Below are positions 43,580-54,167 of a DNA stretch of 64,000 bases, piece after piece (the stretch's first letter is position 1; each line of letters starts with the position of its first letter). The position numbers and the translations under genes are program-made. The notes beneath the pieces are model-generated. The model was not told where the DNA came from. It searched no databases and worked only from the letters and a program-made list of their open reading frames with translations. The DNA lies in NCBI GenBank assembly GCA_963713045.1, contig CAVQKE010000004.1:160001-224000 (forward strand), written 5' to 3'. The stretch is from an uncultured delta proteobacterium (GTDB lineage: Bacteria; Myxococcota; Myxococcia; Myxococcales; Myxococcaceae).

Positions 43580-45966
43580 ATGCCGCTGAAACCCGCAGTG
43601 CTACTCAAGGCGCTTGGGGCTGCCGGCCACCCGCTTGGGCTGCAGGACCTCCTGCGGCGCTCGGGGCTGCCGCCCGACAAACGTGCTGCGGCCGAGCGCG
43701 CCCTGGCGGAGTTGGTGCGGGCCGGCAGCGTGCGTCGGGACGGCAAGCGTTTCGCGATGGCCAAGTCCGCGCAGCCAGCGCCAAGTGGGGCGGACCGCCG
43801 ACCGGCACCCGCCGCGACACGCACCGGACGCGCCGGCGGCTTGGTGCGCGAGGGGCGCCTTCAGGTGAACGAGCGTGGCTTCGGCTTCGTCGATGTCGGC
43901 GAAGACGAGGACTTCTTCGTTCCGCCCCCGGAAGCGGCCAAGGCCCTGGACGGCGACCGGGTGCGCATCCGCGTGCACCGGCGCGGCGGCCGCACCGAGG
44001 CCGAAGTCCTGGACATTCTGGAACGCCAGCGCTCGGAGCTGGTCGGCACCTACCAGCTGCAAGGGGATGGAGCCGTCGTTCGCCCACACGAAAGCTCCGT
44101 GGGCGGCGTGGTGCGGGTGCCGCGGACACAACTGGCCCAGGACGGCGACGTGGTGCGCGTGCGATTGGCGCCCCCGGACGGCGCACAGCCCCTCCGGGGC
44201 GAGGTGATGGGTTCGCTCGGTCGCCCCGGAAACCCCTCCCAGGATGTGCTGGCCCTGGTGGTGGCGCGTGGCTTCAGCGACCATTTCCCAGGGCCAGTCA
44301 TGGACGAGGCGGCCCGCGTTGAGGGGCGCGTCTCGGAGGCCGAAGCGCGCGGGGAGAACCGTCGAGACCTCCGGGGCTTGGACCTGGTCACCATCGACGG
44401 CGCGGATGCCCGCGACTTCGACGACGCGGTGTGGGCGGAGTCGCTTCCAGGAGGCGGCGTCCGGCTGGTGGTGGCCATCGCCGACGTCAGCCACTACGTG
44501 AAGCCTGGGAGCGCCCTCGACGCCGAGGCGCTGCACCGCGGGACCAGCGTCTATTTGCCGGACCGCGTGTTGCCCATGCTACCGGAGCGACTCTCCAACG
44601 GCATTTGTTCGCTGCGGCCAGGCGAAGACCGGCTGTGCCTGGTGGCGGACATGGAGTTTGGGACGGGGCGGTCCGCCGGCGCTCGACGCTGTACCCAGCC
44701 GTCATGCGCAGCGCCGCGCGGTGCACCTACGAGGAAGTGCAGGCTGTGCTCGACGGGCAAAGCGTGCCGGGGCGCGACGGCTTCGCTCCGCTGTTCCAGC
44801 GGCTGGCCGGGCTGGCCTCGGCGCTGCGGCGAATGCGCGAGGCACGCGGGGCGCTGGACTTCGACTTGCCGGAAACCAAGGTGGTGGTGGATGCGTCAGG
44901 TCAGCCGGTGCGGATGGAACGACGCGAGCGCAAGGAGAGCCACCGGCTGGTGGAGGAGTGCATGCTCGCGGCCAACGAGGCGGTGGCGGCATTCTTCCAA
45001 AGCCAAGGGCTGCCGTCGGTGTACCGCTTTCATGGGGAGCCGGATGAGGCGAAGCTGGAGGCCTTCGCCGAGCTGGCCCGCGCGCACGGCCTTCGCGTTC
45101 CGGGAAACCGGCGCCCGACGTCCCTGGAGTTAAACCGCTTTATTCAAGACCTCGAGGGCAAGCCGGAGCAGCGCGCCCTCAACCAAGTCCTCTTGCGCTC
45201 GATGATGCAGGCCATCTACTCCCCCGATTCTGTTGGGCACTACGGCCTCGCCGCGGACGAGTACCTGCACTTCACTTCCCCCATCCGGCGCTACCCGGAC
45301 CTCCTCGTCCACCGACTTCTGCGGGCCCACTGGCAGCGGCAGGGTCGAGGGCGCAGGGCAGCCGAGTTGGCGCAGGAGATGGATTCGCTGCGAGTGATGG
45401 CGGCTCGGGCCTCGGAGCGGGAGCGCGCCGCCATGCAGGTGGAGCGGGACGTGACGTCCTTCTACGCGGCGCTCCTGATGGAGCCACGGGTGGGGGAAAG
45501 CTTCCGCGCCACCGTTTCCGGCGTCACCGACTTCGGCGTCTTCGTCGAGCTCGACGCCGAGCATGTCGAAGGGCTGGTCCCCCGAGACGCCCTTGGGGTG
45601 CGCTCGCGCTTCGACGAGCGGCTGCACGCGCTGGTGCTGGGCGATGGGCGGCGCGTCCGGGTGGGCCAGGCTGCCACCGTCCAGCTGCGCAGCGTCAACC
45701 GCGTCCGGCGACAGCTCGACTTTAAACTCCTCGACTGGGGCGAGGGCTCGGCCGAGCACGAGGAGAAGGCCAACGCGTCTCACCCGGGCTTCGACCAGCG
45801 GCGTGCGCGGGCCGGCCGCCAGCGGGCAGGAGAGCCACTCGCCGCAGGAAGCGCCGGGCGCGGGCAGGCACACGCACCGACGTCAGGGCCGGAGGCCGGG
45901 GCAAGGCCAAGCGGAAGGGCCCAGAAGGCGGAGGCGGGCGGACGGGGGCAGCGAAGGCGGCGGTGA
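43580..45966 (+). CDS. rnr: Ribonuclease R (frameshift near 44665)
   Basis: GFGFV, TIDGADARDFDDA, RGTSVY; the second frame carries VEECMLAAN, HFTSPIRRYPDL and an S1 domain. Confidence 0.92.
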
Positions 45967-46643
45967 GCCCGTCCGGCGGGATGGACGGGCGCCCCGTCTG
46001 GGCCGCCGGCCTGGGTGCTTGCGGGGCTCGTCCTGGTCGCCGGGGGCGCAGTCGCCGGCATCGCTGCGCTGGCCCGGGAGCGCAGTCAGCAGCACCTGCG
46101 GCCGAGGCGATGCCGCCCGAAACGCGGCCCCGTGGCCGGCAGGGGAAGCCCGCAGCGAGCCGCGGGACCTGCTACTGGAGCAAGTCTGCTGGAGGCCGCC
46201 GAGCCGGCCGACGCGTCCCTTGCAGGCCTTGGACCTGCGGCGCACGCGCTCCTCGTCCGCGAGCGCTTTGAGGAAGCGGAACGCCTCGTCTCGCGGGCGC
46301 TGGCCCTTCGCCGCAGGATGCCGAGGCCACCATCCACGAATCGTCCTTCAAGGCGTCGCTGGCGAGACGGCAAGCGCTCGCACGGATTGGAGAGGTTTGC
46401 CAGCGGTCCGGCCGGCTGGGAGGCGTCGATGTTTGCAGCCGGCTTTGCACTCAGCGACGGAGACGAACCGCGGCGCTGCGCGCACTGCGGCGGTTTCGCG
46501 CCGAGGCACCACCGTCCGAGGTTCACCCCGGCGTGATTTCCCTTAGGGCGCAATTGCGGAACGGTGGCGCCTCGCCTCCGCATAAGGCTTCCGCAAAGAC
46601 AACCATAATTGCGGTGCGTCAATTCCAGAGCAGACGGATTTTC

Positions 46644-46670
46644 TTGACAAAAAAAAGTAATTCCTAGAAT
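46644..46670 (+). promoter_or_regulatory. Sigma70-like promoter upstream of the electron-transfer cluster
   Basis: TTGACA (46644-49) and TAGAAT (46665-70) with a 15-nt spacer containing a poly-A run; RBS GAGGAG before ATG 46712. Confidence 0.5.
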
Positions 46671-46711
46671 GTCCCCCGGCTCGGTTTTGGGACAACGAGA
46701 GAGGAGCGACC

Positions 46712-47407
46712 ATGCGGACTTGGAGCGCGCTGGCAGTGGTCCTTTGCTCTTCCGTGGCCTTTGCCCAGTACACCGAGGCGCCTGTCACCAACGGGGCACG
46801 ATTTCGGGAAAAATTTCGTACGACGGGACGCCGCCCAAACCGGCGACCATCACCATCACCCAGGACCCGGGGACCTGTGGCTCGACCCGACTGATGGACA
46901 GACTGGACTATCGCGGCCGACGGCGCTGTGGAAAATGTCATCGTCTACCTGGTGGACATCAAGTCCGGGAAGAAGATGGACCTTCCGGCGCAGCCGATGG
47001 TGGACCAGAAGAGCTGCCACTACGAGCCCAACGTCCAAATCATCGCGAAGGATTCGACACTTCAAGTGAAGAACAGCGACCCAATTCTCCACAACATCCA
47101 CTCCTATTTGGGGACCACCACCGTCATCAATTTGGCCGAGCCGAAGCAGGGGATGGTGATTCCCAAGAAGATTACGAAAGCCGGTGGGATGACCCTCAAA
47201 TGCGACATCCACAACTTCATGCGTGGCGCAATCTTCACCGCCGACAACCCCTACGCCGTGCTCACCGGGAAGGACGGAACCTTCGAGATTAAGGACGTTC
47301 CGCCAGGGACCTATGAGATTGCCCTCTTCCACGAAGTGTTAAGCCCGAAGAGCGGAACCGTCACTGTCAAGCGCTGGCGGGAAGGCCACCTTCACCGCGA
47401 AAATTAA
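46712..47407 (+). CDS. Exported cupredoxin-like / carboxypeptidase-regulatory-like protein (several frameshifts)
   Basis: Signal peptide ending AFA; pieces TISGKISYDG, DQKSCHYEP, NSDPILHNIH, KCDIHNFM, VPPGTY across three frames. Confidence 0.7.
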
Positions 47408-47439
47408 ATAGGACTGCCCCCACCGCTCCTGTCCGCCGG

Positions 47440-48057
47440 CGTTAGCACGAGCGCTCCCCGTAGCCTCCAGGGCATCGTCGCTGTCCTGGTGGGCCGTCCC
47501 CTGTTCTGGGTGCTGGCCATCGGTGTGCTTGCCGGTGGCCCTCCTCTCTGGGCTACTGCGACAGCCCCCCGACATTCCGCCGGTGCTCGGGACGTTGCCG
47601 CCGTTTAGACTCGCGGAGTCAAGCGGGAGCACTTCACACCGCTGACCCTCAACGGCCGAGCGTGGCTGCTTGGCTTCGTCGACACCGGCTGCATCGCCTG
47701 TGCCGGGCGGCTGGGGGGGCGCTGGAGCGACCCAGTACCGAATCCGCAACGCCGGGCCGTACGTGGGAATGCTGGAGGTGGCCGTGCCGCGCCGACGCCG
47801 GCCGTGGACGTGAAGGAGGACATGGCGCGGCGCCACGCCAACCCGCGTCAGTGGCACGCGCCGCGGGCCGAGACGCGCGCCGGCTGCTCGCCGAGATGGG
47901 CGCCTTGGCACCGAGCGCAAGCGCCGAAACTCGAAGCGGGTGGGGCGGTGGCCTTGGTGGACGAAGCGGACGGGTACGTGCGATGGAAGGCGTGGAAGCC
48001 CCACAGGGATGAACCGGCTCGATGTCCAAGTTGACTGTGATTCTCAACATCCATTGA
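47440..48057 (+). CDS. SCO/thioredoxin-like membrane-anchored protein (frameshifted, start unresolved)
   Basis: Pieces GRPLFWVLAIG, PPVLGTLPPFRL, LNGRAWLLGFVDTGCIAC, AVALVDE, ending LTVILNIH-TGA. Confidence 0.55.
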
Positions 48058-48214
48058 GGACGGGGTGCTATTTGTGAAGAGGCATTCGCCGCACTGCGTA
48101 AGACATTGCCTTTCATGCATCAGCGCGACTGATGCAAAATTTAAGGGTTGAAAAGAGACCACCAAGCGCATTTGCTGCGCCGGCCATTCATTTCGCTTCG
48201 CTGGAGGGAGCTGC

Positions 48215-49636
48215 ATGAGACGCCGAGTGACACTCGTTGCGGTCTTGGTTGCAGTGGGAGCAGTTATGGTGCCGGTGTCCGCTCAGGCCATCCCGGCCTT
48301 CGCTCGGAAATATGGCGTGGCCTGTTCGGCTTGCCACACCAACTGGCCGCGGTTGAACCGGTTCGGCATCAACTTCCGGGACAACGGGTACCGGATGAAC
48401 CGGGAACGGGACAACCCAGTGACCCAGAATGGCGCCTACTGGCCCATCGCCTTTCGGTCGACCGTCGGCTTCCAGTACAGCAACAACACGTACGTGCCGG
48501 TCGCCCCGACCGCGTCCAACCCCGACGGCCTGGCCACCACCGAGACAGGGACGTTTGGGTACCTCGGCCTGGACATTCTCACGGCCGGGACGCTCGGCGA
48601 GCAGGTTGGCTTCCTCCTCGTCGTGGAAGCCCAACTGGAAGCGGCCAACTTCAACACCAACAGCCCGCAGGGAGGCAACCTCGAATCCGCGTGGGTCGTC
48701 TTCACACGCCTCGGAGGTACGCCGTACGCGAACGTCCGGGTCGGCAAGGGCGCGCTCAATGACCTTCCGAACGACCAGCACCGCAGCTACGAGCTGACGC
48801 AGCTTTACGAAATCTACTCCTTCGAGGCCTACGGGAGTTCGGTCACCTATGCGCCCGGCTCCAACTATGGAGGCGTCGAATTCTACGGCCACAACGAGCT
48901 GGACAGCTTCCGCTACTCAGTCGCCCTACTCAATGGCAACAACAACGACGTGCCCTGGTGGTCGGGGACCATCGTCAGTAACCCCACCGTCTGGGGGCAC
49001 ATCCAGTACTTCGCGCTGACTGGCAACGACATCGTCGCCGCCATCGAGCCGGGCATCTTCGGTGCCGTCGGCTGGCAGCCTTCCAAGGGCCTCGCAGCAG
49101 CGGCCGGAACGCCCTGCGACCCCGGGACGGGCAACGGCTGCGTCTCCGGCACGGGCTACGACATGGCGGCATATTACCGGATTGGGGGTGAGCTCCATCT
49201 GCATTTTCTGAGCGCCGTCAACCCGCTGACGCTGGATATGGCGATCGAATACGGCAGCGACAGTGGCTCGCTCATCTACGGAGGTTCGGGGGTGTTGGGC
49301 CAGAACGCGGACGGGTCACCCACCCAGGACGCGCACTGGCTCGGCGGCTATGTCGAGTTGAGCTACACGCCGAACCCAGACTGGACATTTGCCTTCCTCT
49401 ACAACCGCTGCGCGATGCTTCAGCAGGGGTCGACGGACTACTCACCGGCCACTGGGAACTTCTGGAGCTATGACTTCTTGGTCCGCTACAACGTGGCTTT
49501 TTCAAGTCGCGCCGCGGTCGCGCTTCAGGCGGAGTTCAGCCAAGCGGGGACCACCCAGCTGCAAGGCACCCTGCCACCGGGCGCGGGGCCGCCGCTAGGT
49601 TCGACGGTACTCCTTGGCATCGACTTCGCGTACTAA
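48215..49636 (+). CDS. cyc2: Cyc2-like monoheme cytochrome c-porin fusion
   Basis: GGAGGGAG RBS; signal peptide; AIPAFARKYGVACSACH followed by PRLNRFGINFRDNGY; aromatic-rich barrel strands ending GIDFAY. Intact ORF. Confidence 0.82.
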   Translation: MRRRVTLVAVLVAVGAVMVPVSAQAIPAFARKYGVACSACHTNWPRLNRFGINFRDNGYRMNRERDNPVTQNGAYWPIAFRSTVGFQYSNNTYVPVAPTASNPDGLATTETGTFGYLGLDILTAGTLGEQVGFLLVVEAQLEAANFNTNSPQGGNLESAWVVFTRLGGTPYANVRVGKGALNDLPNDQHRSYELTQLYEIYSFEAYGSSVTYAPGSNYGGVEFYGHNELDSFRYSVALLNGNNNDVPWWSGTIVSNPTVWGHIQYFALTGNDIVAAIEPGIFGAVGWQPSKGLAAAAGTPCDPGTGNGCVSGTGYDMAAYYRIGGELHLHFLSAVNPLTLDMAIEYGSDSGSLIYGGSGVLGQNADGSPTQDAHWLGGYVELSYTPNPDWTFAFLYNRCAMLQQGSTDYSPATGNFWSYDFLVRYNVAFSSRAAVALQAEFSQAGTTQLQGTLPPGAGPPLGSTVLLGIDFAY

Positions 49637-49652
49637 CCCTGGGGCCCCCACC

Positions 49653-50444
49653 ATGACAACGCACCGTCCAATGTTCGCGGTCCTGTTCTCGCTCGTCGGT
49701 TTGGTCGTCCTTCCCTCCGTCGCCTTGGCCGACCAGGATAAGCCGGTCCCCATCGACGAGAAACTCGCGAAGAAGGGCGAGGGCGTCTTCCTCCGCTTCT
49801 GTGTCTCCTGCCATGGGCCCAACGGAGACGGCCGCGGCTACTCGGCGCAGTGGCTCGAGCCGCGTCCGCGCGACTTCACCTCCGGCGTCTTCAAATGCCG
49901 TTCGACGCCGAGTGGCACGCTTCCCACCGACGACGACTTGCTGCGGACGCTCAACGTCGGCCTGTACCACACCTACATGCCGTTCTGGGAGCTCCTCGGT
50001 GAGCCCCAGCTGAGAGCGGTCATCGAATACATCAAGACCTTCTCCCCCAAGTGGAAGGAGGAGGGGCCCGGAATCTCCATCGTCATCCCGCCCGAGCCGC
50101 CCAATGACGAGGCGTCACGCAAGCGCGGACAAGTCATTTGGAAGAACAACCAGTGCGAGAAGTGCCATGGCCCAGAAGGCAAGGGCAACGGTGCTTCGGC
50201 TCCCACCCTGCGCGACGACTGGGGTTTCCCCGACCAGCCGTTCAACTTTGCCGCCAGTGACAAGCGCAAGTGCGGAATTCACCCCTATGACTTGTACCGC
50301 ACGTTTATGACGGGAGTGAGCGGCAGCCCGATGCCGTCCTTCGGGGACAGCATCAGCCCCCAAGACGGGTGGGACCTGGTGCACTACGTGCTCAGTCTCC
50401 AGCTGCCGCCCGACAGCGAATATGACATCGCGGAGCACTTCTAG
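49653..50444 (+). CDS. Periplasmic diheme cytochrome c
   Basis: Signal peptide ending ALA; CVSCH and CEKCH; PRDFTSG, distal Met motifs YMP and SPMPSF. Confidence 0.88.
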   Translation: MTTHRPMFAVLFSLVGLVVLPSVALADQDKPVPIDEKLAKKGEGVFLRFCVSCHGPNGDGRGYSAQWLEPRPRDFTSGVFKCRSTPSGTLPTDDDLLRTLNVGLYHTYMPFWELLGEPQLRAVIEYIKTFSPKWKEEGPGISIVIPPEPPNDEASRKRGQVIWKNNQCEKCHGPEGKGNGASAPTLRDDWGFPDQPFNFAASDKRKCGIHPYDLYRTFMTGVSGSPMPSFGDSISPQDGWDLVHYVLSLQLPPDSEYDIAEHF

Positions 50445-51060
50445 ATGAGTGCCACGGCCCACGCAGCGCACGGACACGCTCCTGCGGTTTGGCCGCCTGA
50501 CGAGGAATTCGGAGAGGTCCGCCCGTCGAAGATGGCGATGTGGATTTTCCTCCTCTCCGACTGGCTCTCGTTCGGGGGGCTGTTGATTGGCTACAGCCTG
50601 TTCCGCGCCAACGCGGTGGTTTGGCGCCACGCGGGCGAGCCCGGCTTCGGCATTCCGGTGACGGCGGGCCTCACCTTGGTGTTGGCCGTCTCGGCCGTCG
50701 CCATGGTGCGTGCCCACGACGACGCGCTTTCAGAAAACCGACAGCGGGCCAACATGTGGCTGATCATTACCGGGGCGTCGGGCTGATGTTCCTCTTGGCC
50801 AGACCAGGAGTGGATTATCAGACCCTGTCGTGACCACGGCCTGGTTTTCGGGCAGTCGGCCTACGCCAGCACCTTCTACGCCATCACCGGCTTCCACCGC
50901 CTGCATGTGGTCGCTGGGCTCATGTACCTTCTCTTCACTCTGGCCCGGAACTCGCGTGGCGTGGTGACGGGCAACGAGAGTCGAACTCTTCGGCTTGTTC
51001 TGGCACTTCGTCGACTTCGTCTGGAATATTGTCTTCGTCCTCGTCTACCTCATTCCCTAG
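50445..51060 (+). CDS. Heme-copper oxidase subunit III (first copy; frameshifted)
   Basis: KMAMWIFLLSD, FYAITGFH.LHV, WHFVDFVW. Confidence 0.85.
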
Positions 51061-51071
51061 TGGGGGCCACC

Positions 51072-51403
51072 GTGAGCGCAGAAGCACACTCGGTCGAGCA
51101 GTCCTCGGGGCACCACATGACTCCCACCCAGACCTGGGTGGTCCTCGGCGTGCTGGTGGTGCTCACTGGCCTCGAGGTCGCGGTGGCCATGTCCAGCGGA
51201 GGGCGCGGCGTGGTGACCGTCGCGCTCTTCGTCCTGGCCATTGCCCAGGCCTCGTACTTCGCTCTGGTGGCGATGGGGCTTGGCCAAGAGACGCGCACCA
51301 TGAAGGACTGGTTGCCATCCCGCTCATCATCGCCGGCTTCTACGCCATCATCCTCTGCTCTGATGCCGTCTGGCGGGCGGTGGGCTGGGTCGTCTCGAAA
51401 TGA
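51072..51403 (+). CDS. Heme-copper oxidase subunit IV-like (frameshifted)
   Basis: WVVLGVLVVLTGLEV...LAIAQASYFALVAMGLGQE, with a third TM in the next frame. Confidence 0.7.
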
Positions 51404-51545
51404 CCGTGCTCTGCCTTCAGCTGTTGGCCTGTCCGATGTGCGCGCGGCGCAAGCGTCCACGGTGCTGTGGCTGTTGCCCTTCATGTTTACCGTGCCGTAC
51501 GTCGTCTCGGCGGTGGTCATCCGTTTCGTCCGACGCCTGGAGTAA
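51400..51545 (+). CDS. Small membrane protein with N-terminal CPMC motif (frameshifted)
   Basis: MTVLCLQLLACPMCA, then STVLWLLPFMFTVPYVVSAVVIRFVRRLE in the adjacent frame; overlaps the previous stop (ATGA). Confidence 0.55.
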
Positions 51546-51562
51546 TCCCCGAGGGGAACACG

Positions 51563-52361
51563 ATGCATTCACTCATTTGCCTCGCGATGTCGGGCCCGTT
51601 TGACGCCGTCCACATGCTTTCGGACGCCTCGGTGAACGGGTGGAAAATCGACGACATGATTAATGAGACGAGCATCTTCGTCATCATCATGCTCGTGATG
51701 GTGGTGGTGTGGATGCTCTATTCGGTGCTGATGAATGGCCCCACCCACAAGGCGGTGTACGAGACCGGCGCCGACTACAAGTCCTGGCGCTGGACGGTCC
51801 TCACCGCGGCCCTCATCTTCATCATCGTCGATGGGCTGTTGCTCTTTCACAGCACCGAATTCATGTGGGGCACCTTCTTCGACTTCAAGGGCGCCGAGGC
51901 AAAGCCCGGCGCGGTCCGCATCGAGATCAACGCCCACCAGTGGGCGTGGAACGCGCGCTACGCCGGCCCGGACGGAAAGTTCAACACCCCGGATGACATC
52001 GTCGTCCTCAACGACATTGGTCGTGCCCGGAGGGGCGCCAGTCATCTTCCAAATCACCTCGACCGACGTCATCCACAGCTTCAAAGTGCCCAACATCCGG
52101 ATGATGGTGGACGCGGTGCCCGGGACGGTGACCCGGATGTGGTTCAAGCCAAGGAGACTGGCGTCTTCGAGATTGTCTGCTCGCAGCACTGCGGCGCCAA
52201 CCACTACAAAATGCGCGGAACGCTTGACCGTGCTGCCCAGGGCCGAATACGACCGCTGGGCGCAAGTCAGCCTCCGTCAACAGCCGCTCGTGCCTTCGAC
52301 GCCCAAGGACATGGAAGCCCACTGGGGCTGGGAATGGGCCGAGCACTCGAGGGTCGAATGA
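51563..52361 (+). CDS. coxB: Cytochrome c oxidase subunit II (frameshifted)
   Basis: Two TMs; HQWAW, DVIHSF, DAVPG, CuA motif CSQHCGANHYKM. Confidence 0.88.
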
Positions 52362-54164
52362 CCGCCCAGGAAGCCGCCTTCAACCGCGAGGCCATCGAGG
52401 CCCTGCAGCCCATCCATCCGCCGCCGACGACCATTCTGGAGCAAGTACCTCTGGTCGCTCGACCACAAGGTCATCGCCAAGCAGTACCTGTGGGCCGGGC
52501 TCCTCTTCCTCCTCATCGGCGGAACGCTGGCGATGATGATTCGCTGGCAGTGGGCCTTCCCCGGTCGAGCCGGTGCCCATCCTCGGGCCGCTGTTGCTCA
52601 ACTCGGGCGGGGTCATTGGCCCGGCGCTCTACATGCAGGTCTTCACGATGCACGGGCTGATAATGATTTTCTTCGCCATCACGCCCATCCTCATCGGCGA
52701 CCTTCGGCAACCTACTCATCCCACTGATGATTGGCGCGCGGGACATGGCCTTCCCGTGGCTCAACGCGCCCTCCTTCTGGGTCTTCGCCCTGAGCCAGCT
52801 GTTGGTGATCGGCTCCTTCTTCGGCAGACCTGGGCGCGGCGGGCGCGGGCTGGACGACCTACCCGCCGCTCTCCACCAACATTGGGACGCCGGGACTGGG
52901 CAGACGTTGATGGTGGCGGCGATCTTCGTCACCGGCGTCGCCTCCATCATGGGCGGCATCAACTACATCACCACCGTCATCCGGCTGCCGGGCGCCGGGC
53001 ATGACGTACATGCGGATGCCGCTGACCGTCTGGGGCCATTTTTCTGACGGCCATCCTCAACGTGCTCTTCGTTCCGGTGCTCGGCTCGGCGCGCTTCTGC
53101 TGCTCCTGATGGACCGGCTTTTTGGGACCCAGTTCTTCATCGCCGGCGCCGCCGCGGTGAAGGGCGGCGGTGACCCCATCGTCTTCCAGCACCTGTTCTG
53201 GATTTTCGGTCACCCGGAGGTCTACATCCTCATCCTTCCGGCCTGGGGCATCGTGGCCGACCTGCTCGCCTTCTTCTCCCGAAAGCCGGCCAACTGGTAC
53301 AAGGGCACCGTGTCTTGGCGATGACCTCGGTGACCGTGCTCAGTGCGGTGGTCTACGGCCACCACATGTTCCAGACCGGGATGAATCCGATGCTGGGGCA
53401 GGGCTTCATGACCCTGACCCTCATCATCAGCGTGCCGGCCGAGATGCTTTTCCTCAACTGGCTGCGCACCATCTGGAAGGGGTCCATCCGGCTCACCTCC
53501 CGATGCTCTTCTCGCTGGCGATGGTGTTCGTCTTCGGCCTCGGCGGCCTCACGGGCTGTACCTTGGCGCCGCCTCGCCGGACATCTACCTGCACGACACC
53601 ATGTTCGTGGTCGGGCCACTTCCACTTCACGATGGCCGCGGCTTCATTCATTGCCTGTTGCCGGCATCTACTTCTGGTACCCGAAATGTTCGGGCGCGAT
53701 GATGAACCCGACCTCGGGAAGATTCATTTCTGGTTCAGCGTCGTCGGCATCACCGCGGTCTTCGCCGGCCAGCTGATGGTCGGCTACGCGGGGCAGAACC
53801 GACGGCTCTGGAACCCATTCGCCTATGACATCTTCAAGCCGCTCCAGGCGCTCAACCGCTGGACCAGCTACGCTGCCTTCATGCTGTTTTTCGCGCAGCT
53901 CGTCTTCGTCTGCAACTTCCTCTACAGCATGTCAAGGGAAAGAAGGCCGGGGCCAACCCGTGGGGGGTCGGGACGCTGGAGTGGTCGATTCCCTCGCCGC
54001 CGCCGGTCCACAACTTCGACGACATTCCCGTCGTTCACCGGGGACCGCACGAGCTATCCGAATCCGACGTGGAGGCGCAAACTGGGCCGCGACTGGGTGG
54101 GCCAGGCGAAGAGCTGCGGCCGAGGCGCCGGGCGCGTCCCGGCCCGGCTCAGGGCGCCACGTGA
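52358..54164 (+). CDS. coxA: Heme-copper oxidase subunit I, A1-like (many frameshifts)
   Basis: [51 protein letters not shown]. Confidence 0.9.
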
Positions 54165-54167
54165 GAC

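Noticed and set aside
43580..45966. Programmed frameshifting or split genes in rnr (also mutS2 and the 25-kb barrel)
   Set aside because: No slippery heptamer was evident; single indels match the error pattern of the contig.
46015..46536. ORF with a TM segment, a TPR-like piece and CAHC
   Set aside because: Possibly a frameshifted real gene, but I could not reconstruct a coherent product; CAHCG is not a heme motif.
48031..48090. TTGAC...TCAA and TTGTGAA, considered as FNR or Rex boxes
   Set aside because: Spacing and second half-sites do not fit the consensus; the first lies within the SCO-like coding end.
50770..50830. TGA interrupting oxidase subunit III, considered as a second Sec site
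   Set aside because: Homology continues in a different frame (GVGLMFL), so it is a frameshift; no SECIS-like hairpin was evident.
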